Source: Longimicrobiales bacterium
Lineage (GTDB): Bacteria > Gemmatimonadota > Gemmatimonadetes > Longimicrobiales > Gaopeijiaceae
Assembly (NCBI GenBank): GCA_965202805.1
Contig: OZ241869.1
Span: forward strand, 1,824,001 to 1,888,000
Reading direction: 5' to 3'
DNA length: 64,000 nucleotides
A program made the position numbers and the translations under genes. The notes beneath the pieces are model-generated. The model had not been told where the DNA came from. It worked only from the letters and a program-made list of their open reading frames with translations, and searched no databases. This document shows positions 38,959 through 47,550 of the stretch, piece by piece. Every line of letters starts with the position of its first letter. Positions within the stretch are counted from its first letter, which is position 1.

Positions 38959-41900
38959 CTAGCTGCTTGCCGGGTCGGCGGCGACGTCCTTCGTCTCGGT
39001 CGCCTTCCAGACTTCCTCGTCGTCGTCGTCGACCTCTTCGGCCTGTCGCGTCTCGACACGGACCTTGAGCGCCTTCCGGAGGTCGGCCTCAGTCACGTTC
39101 AGCTCCTGAGTGCTGCCCGCGATGGTCCAGTCTGCTGCCGTGAAGCCACTAACGACGAGCACCGCGCTCGTCGCATCGGTGCCGCCAGCAGTCAAAGCAA
39201 GCTCGGCTGCGTCTTCGGCGATGAGCGACTGCGTTCCGGCCGCTCCCATATCGAGCGTGATGACGACTCGCGTAGCGGTTCTGGAGTTCGTCGAGACTTC
39301 CCAGTTGACGATGAGGCTGTCGGCAGTCGCACCTGCTTGAGTATCACGCACTGCAGTGATCTTGCTGGGCGATGCGTCGACCCGAGCAACGGACCTCATG
39401 CCAGAGTTGCCCGTGCGCGTCTCGGTGCTGGCGTCCGCCAGTGTCTCGGTCGCCGAGACGCTGACCCGGACGCTGAAGCCGAGGTCGCCCTCGTTGCTGT
39501 CCGGGGCAGTGAACGTACCTACCCTGACGCCCTCAGTCACATTGTCTTCGGTGTCGGCGCTGCCATCGGGCGCGAAGGACCCGTCCGTCCAGGTGGCACC
39601 GGCTTCGCCGCAATCCGCAACGCAATGCTCGACTGTGTGCGTGATGGCGCTGAAGCCGGAAACATCGGCATCGAACTGCCAGCGGATGTTGACCGCCCCG
39701 GTGTAGTTGCCGGTGGTTGCGTCCTTCACCCGCGACGTGGTGATGCTCCTGGCGTTGACGCTCACTCCGGTGATGTTGCCGAAGTTCACGGTTTGACCGG
39801 GAGCAACACGGACATCTTGCTCGTCGTCGGGATAGCTGAAGCGCGTGAGGCTGGTCGCCGGCGCCGCGGCTGTGATCGTGTAGCGGTCGTACGGCACGCT
39901 GAGCGAGAAGCTTCCCGTTCTGCCGGTCGTGGCGGTAGCCGTCGCCTCAGCGCCTTCTACGCCCGCCTCCGTCGCCGTGACGGTAACGCCGCTCATCGGC
40001 CCGCCACCCGGACGAACCACTCTACCGCTGATCGTGGCGTTCACGAAGCCGGTGAAGTTGAAGCCCGAGACGGCCGAACCGGCGTGCGCGGGAATGTCAT
40101 CGATCTCATCAGGCACGAAGGACATGCCATCCTTCGAGACCCTGAGCCAGACTCCGTCGCCCCGGTCCTGGGCCTTGACCATCACCGTGTAGCTGCCGTC
40201 GGCGCCCGTCAGATGAATGTCGTTCTTCGTGGCGCCCTTCGACTTCGCGTTCTTGTTCTCCGGGGCCTCGTACTTGGTGCCATCGTAGCTCACCTCGACC
40301 TTCACGCCCGGAATCCCATCGCCGCTGCCGGAGGCAGTGACCCTACCGCTGATCGAGGCCGTCTCGGCCGCAGCCGTGAGCTTGAGGTCGTTGCCGTCAT
40401 CGTCCTCCACCTTCTTCACCGTGTTGGCTGCGAATGTGAGGGTCACGCTGGCCTTGCCGACGTCTGCGACCGAGGCCTCCACGAAGATGCCGGTCACCTT
40501 CTTCTTGCTGACGGTGCGCGTCTCCGACTTGATGCCCTCGATAATGAAGCGGCCATGCTGGTCGGTCATGGTCGACGCATTGTTCGCGGTCACGGTCGCG
40601 CTGTCCATGGCGAAGCCTTCATCGTCGACGATGAATCCGTAGACGGTCGCCGTGGCCGGTCTGACGGTGAGGTCGACAGGTCCCTCGATCGGTTCGAACA
40701 TGTCGTCGGCGTCTCCACCGTTCGCCTCCCACCCATCGGAGACGCTGAGCGAGTAGGCACCCGCCGCGACATCGGCGAAGGTGAACGCACTCATCGGGTT
40801 GTCGCCCTTGGTCTTGTCCGAACGGGTGTCCTTCTCCGTGGTAGTGAAGGACTCTTCCTCACCCGCCAGATTCTTGCCGTCGACCGGGCTCAGGCTGACC
40901 GTGACCCCTGCCTCGGTGTCTTCTTCCTCCACGGCCTTGAAGTCGTCGCCGTCATCCATTGCGACGGTTTGCTTCGTCACGGTCCCGCTCACCTCGTAAG
41001 TGGTCACGTAGGCGAACGACGCGCACTCGCCGTGATCCTGAGGCGCGGTAGCCTGCAGCGGGCAAAGCTCGACCGTGTGGTTGAAGCCGCCCATCGCACC
41101 GAAGGCGCCACCGGTGATGCCGTTGACGTCCATCCCCGTGTATGCCGCGAGCTCGTCGGGCTCGAGGAGTTTGATGTTCGTGTCATCGGCAACCTTGCTC
41201 GCCTGGACGATGACGTTCTCGTCGGCGGGCACGTTGCTGAAGGTGTGCACGCCTTTGCTGTTGCTGCTCTCGATGCTGTCCGCGGCCACGAACGCACGGG
41301 AGCGCCCGCTACCGTCGATGTAGCGGATGCCGACATCGACCATGCGGTCGTCACCGCTGCCGTCCCTCTCGTCGCCATCCAGGAGATTGCCGGTATAGCC
41401 CATCACCTGGTCGCGCTCGTGGTGCACGTAGACCTTGAGGGTCTGGGTCGTGTACTGCACCTCCATCGTGCCGGCGTCAACGGTGCCCGCCAGCTTGAGA
41501 CCGGTGTGCGTGAGCTCGACCGAGCCCGGATCGTAGTCCTCGCCGCCGTCCAGCTTGTTGTCCTGGTCGTCGGCGACCGCGAAGGTGTAGGTCGCGGGCA
41601 GGTCGGCGGCCGTCACGGTCGTCTTGAACGCCGCGTTGCCCTCGTCGTCCAGCTTGTCGGGCGCGCCATCAACCGCATCATCGCCGGACATGACGCTCAT
41701 CGCCCAGCCCTTCAGCGCCTTGCCTCCACCGTAGTCGGTGGTGATCGTCGCGCCGCTGACCGTCGCGTCGACGCTCAGGTTGACGAGGTCGTGGCCGTTG
41801 GAGCCCGCGGTTGCGAACATCTGCGGATCCCACGACACGGCCGTCATGCCGTCGCCGCTGTAGTCCTCGTGGGAGACGCTCGCGTGAACCATGTTCCCGC

Positions 41901-43596
41901 TGGTGCCGGCGCGCGCGACCTTGATCGCCACCGAGCCGTCGTCGCCGGTCTCACCGCTGCCGACCTTGGTCTTGTCATCCCCAGCCGAGTCGTAGAGCGT
42001 GACGGACGCGCCGGAAACCGCAGCGCCGGTGTCGTCGCCGTGCTTCAGCATCACCGTGAAGTTCACGGTCGTGTGCGTGATGTCGAACGGAATCCCCTGC
42101 GAAGCGGCCTCGCCGACTCCGAGAGCGATCTCGTAGCCGGTCGCCGGTCCGCCGTACGCCACGTCGTTGGCCGCGAGTGCCGCCGCCACCGTGGCGTCGA
42201 TGAGGACGACCAGCTGGTACGGGCCGGAACGCAGACCCGAGAACGAGAAGGCGCCGGTCGCGTCGGTCGCGCCCAGCCGCTGCTCGTTGACGCCCGGGCC
42301 CACCAGCGCCACCGGAATGCCGGCGTGCGCCAGAGGATGCTCGCCCTCGTCGTGCATGTCGTTCTTGGTCGCCTCGTCGAGGAACACCATTCCCGACACG
42401 CTCGCGGTGCGCGCGTGCATGCCCTCGAAGTTCACGATCGCCGACTCGTCGTCGCCGACCGTCACGTCCGTGCTCATCGACTCGAACACGTAGGCGTCGC
42501 TCTCGACGGAAATCGAGACCGTGTAGTCGCCGGCCGCCAGGCCCGCGAAGTTGTACTGGCCGCCGTCGTCGGTCGTCGCCATCTGGGCCTCCTCTCCGCC
42601 CGACAGCGTGACCTCGATGCCGCCGAGGCCCATGCCTTCGACGCTCACCCGGCCGGCGATGCCCGAAGTCCGGAGCAGGACGCCGGTGAACGACACCGTT
42701 CCGGTCTCGTCCAGATCCACGCTCACGTCCTGCGACGTGGACGCGAACTCGTAGTCGCGGGTGTCGAAGTCGGAGATCGAGACCGTGTAGGAGCCGGGGC
42801 GCAGTTCCTCGAACCGGTACATGCCGTCGGCGTCGGTCATCATCGTGTAGCTCTCGTCGGCGGGACCGCCGGAGAGCGTCACGGTGACGCCCGCAAGGCC
42901 CTCGCCCTCGATGATCACCTGACCCTCGACCGCGGAGGTGCGGATAAAGTGTCCCGTAAAGTCGGCCTGGCCGACCTCGCCCACCTCGACAGAGATCTCG
43001 AGGCTTACTTCCTCGAAAGAGACGTCCTCGGGGAAGTCCGAGATAGTGACCGTATAGGTGCCGGCGCGGAGCCCGGTGAAGGCAAAGCCGCCGCTCATGT
43101 CGGTCTCCATGGTCTCGCCCATGGCGTGCTCGCCGCCGAGCGTGACTGTAACGCCCGCCAGCGTTTCGGGCTGGCCGTCGCCGCCGCTCATCATCGCGTC
43201 GGCCGCTACCACGTTGCCGACCACGGCCGAAGACCGGATGTACTCACCGGCGAAGTTGAGTTGCACGTTCTGACCATCGGTCGCGATGGTCGCGGACTGC
43301 GTCACCTGGGCGAACGTCGCGTCCTCGGGGAAGCCGCTGATTGTGACCGTGTAGGTCCCGGCTTCCACGCCCGAGAAAGCGAAGCTGCCACCCGACCCCG
43401 TCGTCGTGGTCGCACCCGACGACAGAGTGGCGGTGATGCCGCTGGCGGCCGTCCCTTCAATCGTCACCGTCCCGGAGATGGTCCCCACGGGAGTCGGCGG
43501 CGGGGGCGGCTCCACAGGCGGCGGAGTGCCCTCGTCGCAGGCGGTGAAGGTCAGGGCCATCAGCGTTGCTGTGGCGAGGAGCTTGAGTCGGTTCAT
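38959..43596 (-). CDS. Large acidic surface lipoprotein with carboxypeptidase-regulatory-like/SdrD-B-like Ig repeats (full-length copy)
   Basis: RBS AGGAGG, lipoprotein signal MNRLKLLATATLMALTFTA-C, Pro linker, repeated G.Y.F.GL..G.YTVTIS domains. Confidence 0.88.
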   Translation of the reverse strand: MNRLKLLATATLMALTFTACDEGTPPPVEPPPPPTPVGTISGTVTIEGTAASGITATLSSGATTTTGSGGSFAFSGVEAGTYTVTISGFPEDATFAQVTQSATIATDGQNVQLNFAGEYIRSSAVVGNVVAADAMMSGGDGQPETLAGVTVTLGGEHAMGETMETDMSGGFAFTGLRAGTYTVTISDFPEDVSFEEVSLEISVEVGEVGQADFTGHFIRTSAVEGQVIIEGEGLAGVTVTLSGGPADESYTMMTDADGMYRFEELRPGSYTVSISDFDTRDYEFASTSQDVSVDLDETGTVSFTGVLLRTSGIAGRVSVEGMGLGGIEVTLSGGEEAQMATTDDGGQYNFAGLAAGDYTVSISVESDAYVFESMSTDVTVGDDESAIVNFEGMHARTASVSGMVFLDEATKNDMHDEGEHPLAHAGIPVALVGPGVNEQRLGATDATGAFSFSGLRSGPYQLVVLIDATVAAALAANDVAYGGPATGYEIALGVGEAASQGIPFDITHTTVNFTVMLKHGDDTGAAVSGASVTLYDSAGDDKTKVGSGETGDDGSVAIKVARAGTSGNMVHASVSHEDYSGDGMTAVSWDPQMFATAGSNGHDLVNLSVDATVSGATITTDYGGGKALKGWAMSVMSGDDAVDGAPDKLDDEGNAAFKTTVTAADLPATYTFAVADDQDNKLDGGEDYDPGSVELTHTGLKLAGTVDAGTMEVQYTTQTLKVYVHHERDQVMGYTGNLLDGDERDGSGDDRMVDVGIRYIDGSGRSRAFVAADSIESSNSKGVHTFSNVPADENVIVQASKVADDTNIKLLEPDELAAYTGMDVNGITGGAFGAMGGFNHTVELCPLQATAPQDHGECASFAYVTTYEVSGTVTKQTVAMDDGDDFKAVEEEDTEAGVTVSLSPVDGKNLAGEEESFTTTEKDTRSDKTKGDNPMSAFTFADVAAGAYSLSVSDGWEANGGDADDMFEPIEGPVDLTVRPATATVYGFIVDDEGFAMDSATVTANNASTMTDQHGRFIIEGIKSETRTVSKKKVTGIFVEASVADVGKASVTLTFAANTVKKVEDDDGNDLKLTAAAETASISGRVTASGSGDGIPGVKVEVSYDGTKYEAPENKNAKSKGATKNDIHLTGADGSYTVMVKAQDRGDGVWLRVSKDGMSFVPDEIDDIPAHAGSAVSGFNFTGFVNATISGRVVRPGGGPMSGVTVTATEAGVEGAEATATATTGRTGSFSLSVPYDRYTITAAAPATSLTRFSYPDDEQDVRVAPGQTVNFGNITGVSVNARSITTSRVKDATTGNYTGAVNIRWQFDADVSGFSAITHTVEHCVADCGEAGATWTDGSFAPDGSADTEDNVTEGVRVGTFTAPDSNEGDLGFSVRVSVSATETLADASTETRTGNSGMRSVARVDASPSKITAVRDTQAGATADSLIVNWEVSTNSRTATRVVITLDMGAAGTQSLIAEDAAELALTAGGTDATSAVLVVSGFTAADWTIAGSTQELNVTEADLRKALKVRVETRQAEEVDDDDEEVWKATETKDVAADPASS
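43211..43251 (-). repeat. 41-bp perfect inverted repeat, right copy (inside the full-length lipoprotein gene)
   Basis: Reverse complement of 24402-24442. Confidence 0.85.
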
Positions 43597-44055
43597 GGAA
43601 CCTCCTGAGTGGTGGAAATGAAATGCCGGCCTGCAAAGGCTGGACGAAGAGTCGCGTGCCCCTGGATAAGCAAAGGTGGTGCCAACTTCGGAACCTTCAT
43701 GTTTGACAACCAGTTACGGACTATCACACCCCCGTGTGGAATCCGGTGAAACCTGCAAATCCTCGGATTGTCGAGGGCGACCTCTGTTTTCTGATTGCGA
43801 CATAAACGATAAAGTGTTACCGATATCGCCAAAATATCAGAAATATATCCCTCCCGTCACTGGAACTCCCGCCTTGCGACATACGACGTTTTCGATAATC
43901 TTAACTCCAAAATTGACTGTGGGGCGATTCGCCCCCGCTCCAAATTGACAAGATCGCCGATCATGCCATACTGATATAATAAGGCTCACCATGGGGGCAC
44001 GCGAACCGGGCACCGCCGGTTCGGCCCCGCGTCTCGTCACTCCAGAATCGCACCG
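43597..44055. promoter_or_regulatory. AT-rich divergent promoter region
   Basis: Clear GC drop between divergent genes; TTGACA at 43945-43950 and TATAAT at 43975-43980, with non-canonical spacing. Confidence 0.55.
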
Positions 44056-44919
44056 ATGAAATCGAAAGAACCGGCCTACATGATGTATTGCAGGGACCTC
44101 GAGGTTCGAGCCGCGCTGGAGCGCGCGTTCACCGCTTACCCGGTCCGGCGAGTGCGTTCGCGAAAGGCACTCGAGACGCCGCCCGCGAACATCCGCGTGA
44201 CGGTATTCGCAACCGAGACGTGCACCGAGCGCGAAGTCCGGTGGCTGCTGTCGATGTTCGGGCTTCTGAGTCCGCCATGCATCGTGGCGACGGGCCTCTC
44301 CCTGGACTGCATGCGGCGAATGCACTCACTCGCCTCCGCCAGGCTGAAGGTGGTGTGGGCCTCCGATGTCAGAGACCGCCTCAAGCCGGTCCTGGATGGC
44401 CTCTGGATGCAGAATTGGAGTCCGATGGGGCGTTTCGGCCTGGGACTGCTGGACGAGCTCAAGCCGATGAGGGACTTCCTCAGGAAGACGATCCGCATTG
44501 CGTGCGGCCTGCACGTCGGTCCCACCCTCCCTCCCTTCTTCCCGAGAACGACCGTCAGAAGGCTGGCGGCCGAGGTCGGCGTCGCCACATCGACGCTTCG
44601 GCTCTGCTGGAGGGAGGAAGTTCCGCTCCGGTGCAACCTGAAGGGCCTCCTGGGCTGGTCCCTCGTCCTCTGGGGCACGCGCGAACGCACGTCCCTGGAC
44701 TGGGCTGCCATCGCCGGAAAGCTGCGGATGCCGCGCCGCACGCTGGAGAGAAACTTCATTCGGACGGCCGGATGCACGCTCGGCGAGGCGGCCGACGATC
44801 CGGAACGAGTCGACAGGCGATTCGCCGAGTGGGTCGATTCCGTGTGGGATCCCGATGCCGTCCGCAGGCCCGGCGCCGGGAACATTGTGGCGCAGGAACC
44901 CACCGAGGAGCTGCGCTGA
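44056..44919 (+). CDS. Putative transcriptional regulator with tandem AraC-like HTH motifs
   Basis: TVRRLAAEVGVATSTLR and WAAIAGKLRMPRRTLERNF..TAG. Confidence 0.55.
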   Translation: MKSKEPAYMMYCRDLEVRAALERAFTAYPVRRVRSRKALETPPANIRVTVFATETCTEREVRWLLSMFGLLSPPCIVATGLSLDCMRRMHSLASARLKVVWASDVRDRLKPVLDGLWMQNWSPMGRFGLGLLDELKPMRDFLRKTIRIACGLHVGPTLPPFFPRTTVRRLAAEVGVATSTLRLCWREEVPLRCNLKGLLGWSLVLWGTRERTSLDWAAIAGKLRMPRRTLERNFIRTAGCTLGEAADDPERVDRRFAEWVDSVWDPDAVRRPGAGNIVAQEPTEELR

Positions 44920-44921
44920 CG

Positions 44922-45962
44922 GTGGCCGGATCGACTTCCCGGCGCTACGTCGGCTGGCGCTGCAGGCTCTACCCGAGTCCCTCACAGGACGCGGCGCTCG
45001 CCCGGTGCCGGAACGCCCTGCGCGAGCTGTCCAACACGCTCCTCGTCAACTCGCAGCTCAGCTACAGCGAGACCGGACGGCGGCTGACCAAGGCCGAACT
45101 GCACAAGCTCATCCGGGACTGGCGCGCCGGAGGGGCGAGCCAGGGGTGCCCGGCCAGCGCCATGTACCGCGTGGCCGCCGATCTCCACGTGGCCTTCCGC
45201 AACTGGTTCAAAAGGCAGGGCAGACGCGGGCGAAAGGGGTTCCCCCAGCTCAAGAGCATGGGCCGCGAGCCCGGCATCTACCTCAGCAACCAGGGCATCC
45301 GCTTCGACGGCAACCGGGTGTGGCTGCCGAAGTACGGCTGGGTGCGCTGGAAGGGCGGGAAACTGCCCCCGGGGAGATTGCCGGGCCCCGCCGGACGCAA
45401 GACCCTCGGCCTGCTCTCCGGGCGCGTCTGGCTGGATGCGGGGAACCGGTGGATGCTCTCGTGCCTGTTCGAGTGCGCGCCGCTCACGCCCTCCAGGGCG
45501 AGCACGGACAGGGCCGAGGTCCGGCAGCGGGGCCGCGAAATCACGGTGTCGGTCGACGGGGAATCGGTCCGCGTGATCCGCGAGAACAGGGCGCTCCGCA
45601 ACGCCAGACGCCGCCTGGCGAGGCTCGAGCGGCGGCTGGAGCGGTGCGAATTCGGTTCCGAGGGCCGAAAGCGCACCCTGGCCCTCATGCGCAACCAGGC
45701 GCGCAAGGTCCGGAACCACCAGGCGGATCTGCAGCACAAGGCCACGACGGGCGTCGTGCACGAGGCCCGCGAGATCGAAGTCGAAGGCGCGAGCTCGGAA
45801 CTGCTGCGCCAGCTCGAATACAAGGCGGAGTGGTACGGCCGCCGACTGAAGGTACGGCGAGGCCCGCCGAAACCGGGGACGGGCAATCCCCGACGCGCGC
45901 GGAGACCGGGGAGCCGGTCGCAGAAACGCGAATCGCGGACGCGAAGGCCGAAAGCTCTGTAG
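44922..45962 (+). CDS. TnpB-like protein with inactivated and truncated RuvC (TldR-like)
   Basis: GTG start 2 bp after the AraC-like stop, RBS GAGGAG. TnpB motifs RLYPS..Q, AFRNWF, GFPQLK, LPKYGWVR, HKATT, LRQLEYKAEWYG. No GIDLG (RuvC-I), no Zn finger, no RuvC-III. Confidence 0.8.
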   Translation: MAGSTSRRYVGWRCRLYPSPSQDAALARCRNALRELSNTLLVNSQLSYSETGRRLTKAELHKLIRDWRAGGASQGCPASAMYRVAADLHVAFRNWFKRQGRRGRKGFPQLKSMGREPGIYLSNQGIRFDGNRVWLPKYGWVRWKGGKLPPGRLPGPAGRKTLGLLSGRVWLDAGNRWMLSCLFECAPLTPSRASTDRAEVRQRGREITVSVDGESVRVIRENRALRNARRRLARLERRLERCEFGSEGRKRTLALMRNQARKVRNHQADLQHKATTGVVHEAREIEVEGASSELLRQLEYKAEWYGRRLKVRRGPPKPGTGNPRRARRPGSRSQKRESRTRRPKAL

Positions 45963-46000
45963 CCGTCTGCGAAGGCCGGAACGAATCAGGGACGACGTCA
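45870..46000 (+). ncRNA. Putative omega-RNA-like guide scaffold at the TnpB 3' end (boundaries approximate)
   Basis: Hairpins GGGGA..TCCCC, GACCGG..CCGGTC, GCGGACG..CGTCTGC, and an ACGCGCGCGGAGA..GAAACGCGAATC pattern recalled from tnpB 3' ends. Confidence 0.45.
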
Positions 46001-46243
46001 GGCGCCGCGGCGTCGTGGACCTCCCGTCGCTCGGCGGCGGCCGTCCACGATCTTCCCGGTCGCGCGATGCTGTGCGATCAAGCGCGTGAGTTGGGCGCGA
46101 GAGAACTCCGTGCCCTCCCGGAGCGTCTTCTTGATCTGCGACTTCTCCTTCTTGCGGAGACCATGGTAGCCGGTCTCGTCGAGAAGCTCCGCGATGAACT
46201 GGTACTGCGCGTCCCTGGTCCCGTCGCTCGGCGTCTCGTTCAA
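45998..46243 (-). CDS. Small HTH protein resembling the N-terminus of an integrase-core transposase
   Basis: Y.FIAELL...GY..LRKKEK..FSRAQLTRLIAQHRATGKI; start overlaps the bactofilin stop. Confidence 0.5.
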   Translation of the reverse strand: MNETPSDGTRDAQYQFIAELLDETGYHGLRKKEKSQIKKTLREGTEFSRAQLTRLIAQHRATGKIVDGRRRATGGPRRRGA

Positions 46244-46734
46244 TGAGACCTCCCGTCAGGTTCGCGCCGGGTGTCCTCGGACGAACGCCGGGTGTCGTCT
46301 TCGCGCCGGGTGTCGTCTTCGCGCCGGGTCTCCTCGGACGATGTCTTGAACGCCACGTTGATCAGGGCGCCCTTCTCGACGGCGATGCTCAGGGTGTCGA
46401 TCTCGCCGTCCACGACGCAGGACGCCTTCAGTTCGATACTCGAAGCGGTCTCCACCCGGCCACGGACCCGCCCGGAAATGACGGCGTCCCGGGCCAGGAT
46501 GTCGCCCACCACCACACCGTTCTTCGCAACGACGATGGCCTTGTCCGACCTGATGTCGCCGTCGACCCGGCCTTCGACCCGGATGGTGTCCCTGCTGCTG
46601 CAGTCACCGACCAGGGTCATCCCGCGTGCGATGACGGAAGCCGCACCGTCCGGCTCGGCGGAGGGATCGCCACCCGGGCGCCGCTTCATCCGCGGCGGTG
46701 CGCTCGGGTGCCCCTTCCTCAGGAAAGGAGTCAT
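46240..46734 (-). CDS. Polymer-forming cytoskeletal protein (bactofilin/CcmA family)
   Basis: SVIARGMTLVGD..IRVEGRVDGDI..GVVVGDI.A..ISGRVRG..VDGEI..IAVEKGA. Confidence 0.85.
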   Translation of the reverse strand: MTPFLRKGHPSAPPRMKRRPGGDPSAEPDGAASVIARGMTLVGDCSSRDTIRVEGRVDGDIRSDKAIVVAKNGVVVGDILARDAVISGRVRGRVETASSIELKASCVVDGEIDTLSIAVEKGALINVAFKTSSEETRREDDTRREDDTRRSSEDTRREPDGRSH

Positions 46735-47025
46735 GGCTTCGCCTGGGTGACCTGCAACGTCCTGGCGCGGGGACACAGCGCCCCATGCGACCGACGTGGG
46801 CATAGTTTCTCAAAATAGCCGATGATGTATGATTTGTCAGTGATATTTTGAGTGTGAATGATGATAAATTGGCGATAGGCGTCGATATTCCGGGAAGGTG
46901 CCCTTGAGTCCTGGCCGCGGATTCATCACGTTTGAGTGACAGTTCGGGTGCAATTGCGACGTTTTGGCGATTGATGATTGTGCCCGAGGGGTGAGAACCG
47001 GGCGAGATGCGGGGAGGGCAGGCTT

Positions 47026-47550
47026 GTGACGGAGCACCCGGACGCATTGAGAATCGAGGACGCATCCAGAGTCGAGGCGCTGCAGGAGCGCGTCTCGAGC
47101 CTGTGCAGCGCGATCCTGCGCATCAACGCGAGCCTGGACGTGGAGACCGTCCTTCAGGAGGTCGTGGACGGCGCCCGCGCCCTGACCGGCGCCCGATACG
47201 GCCTGATCGCCACGGTCGACGACGCGGGCGAAGCCGGTCCCTACCTCGTCTCCGGCCTGACGCCGGAGCAGTCGCGGCAGCTCGAGGAGTGGGAGGACGG
47301 CCTCCGGGTCTTCGAGCATTTCCGGGACCTTCCGGGTGTGGTGCGGGTCGCGGACCTGCCGGCCTGGCTGCGGTCGTCCGGCTTTTCGCCGATCGCGCTT
47401 CCGTCCAGGACGCTGCAGGGCACGCCGATCCGTCATCGCGGCGTCTACGTGGGCAGCTTCTTTCTCGCGGGAAAGGACGGGCGCGGCGGGTTCACCCGCG
47501 AGGACGAGGAGATCCTCGTGTTGCTGGCGTCGCAGGCAGCGGCGGCGATC
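47026..47550 (+). pseudogene. 3'-truncated GAF-domain signalling protein
   Basis: AILRINASLDVETVLQEVVDGARALTGARYG..FTREDEEILVLLASQAAAAI, then an abrupt switch into the antisense of the neighbouring gene. Confidence 0.75.

Noticed and set aside
23156..43596. Prophage or ICE
   Set aside because: No structural, replication or conjugation genes; the flanking repeats are inverted, not direct.
24393..43596. Diversity-generating retroelement explaining the paralog variation
   Set aside because: No reverse transcriptase in the window, and the differences are not adenine-specific or confined to a short TR/VR pair.
35381..43608. Long plus-strand ORFs of 1148 aa and 1423 aa
   Set aside because: Antisense shadows of the Fn3 autotransporter and lipoprotein genes.
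44088..45962. 624-aa ORF as an active TnpB/Cas12-like nuclease
   Set aside because: The first ~278 aa overlap the AraC-like gene in another frame. The TnpB-like part starts at about 44922 and lacks RuvC-I, the Zn finger and RuvC-III.
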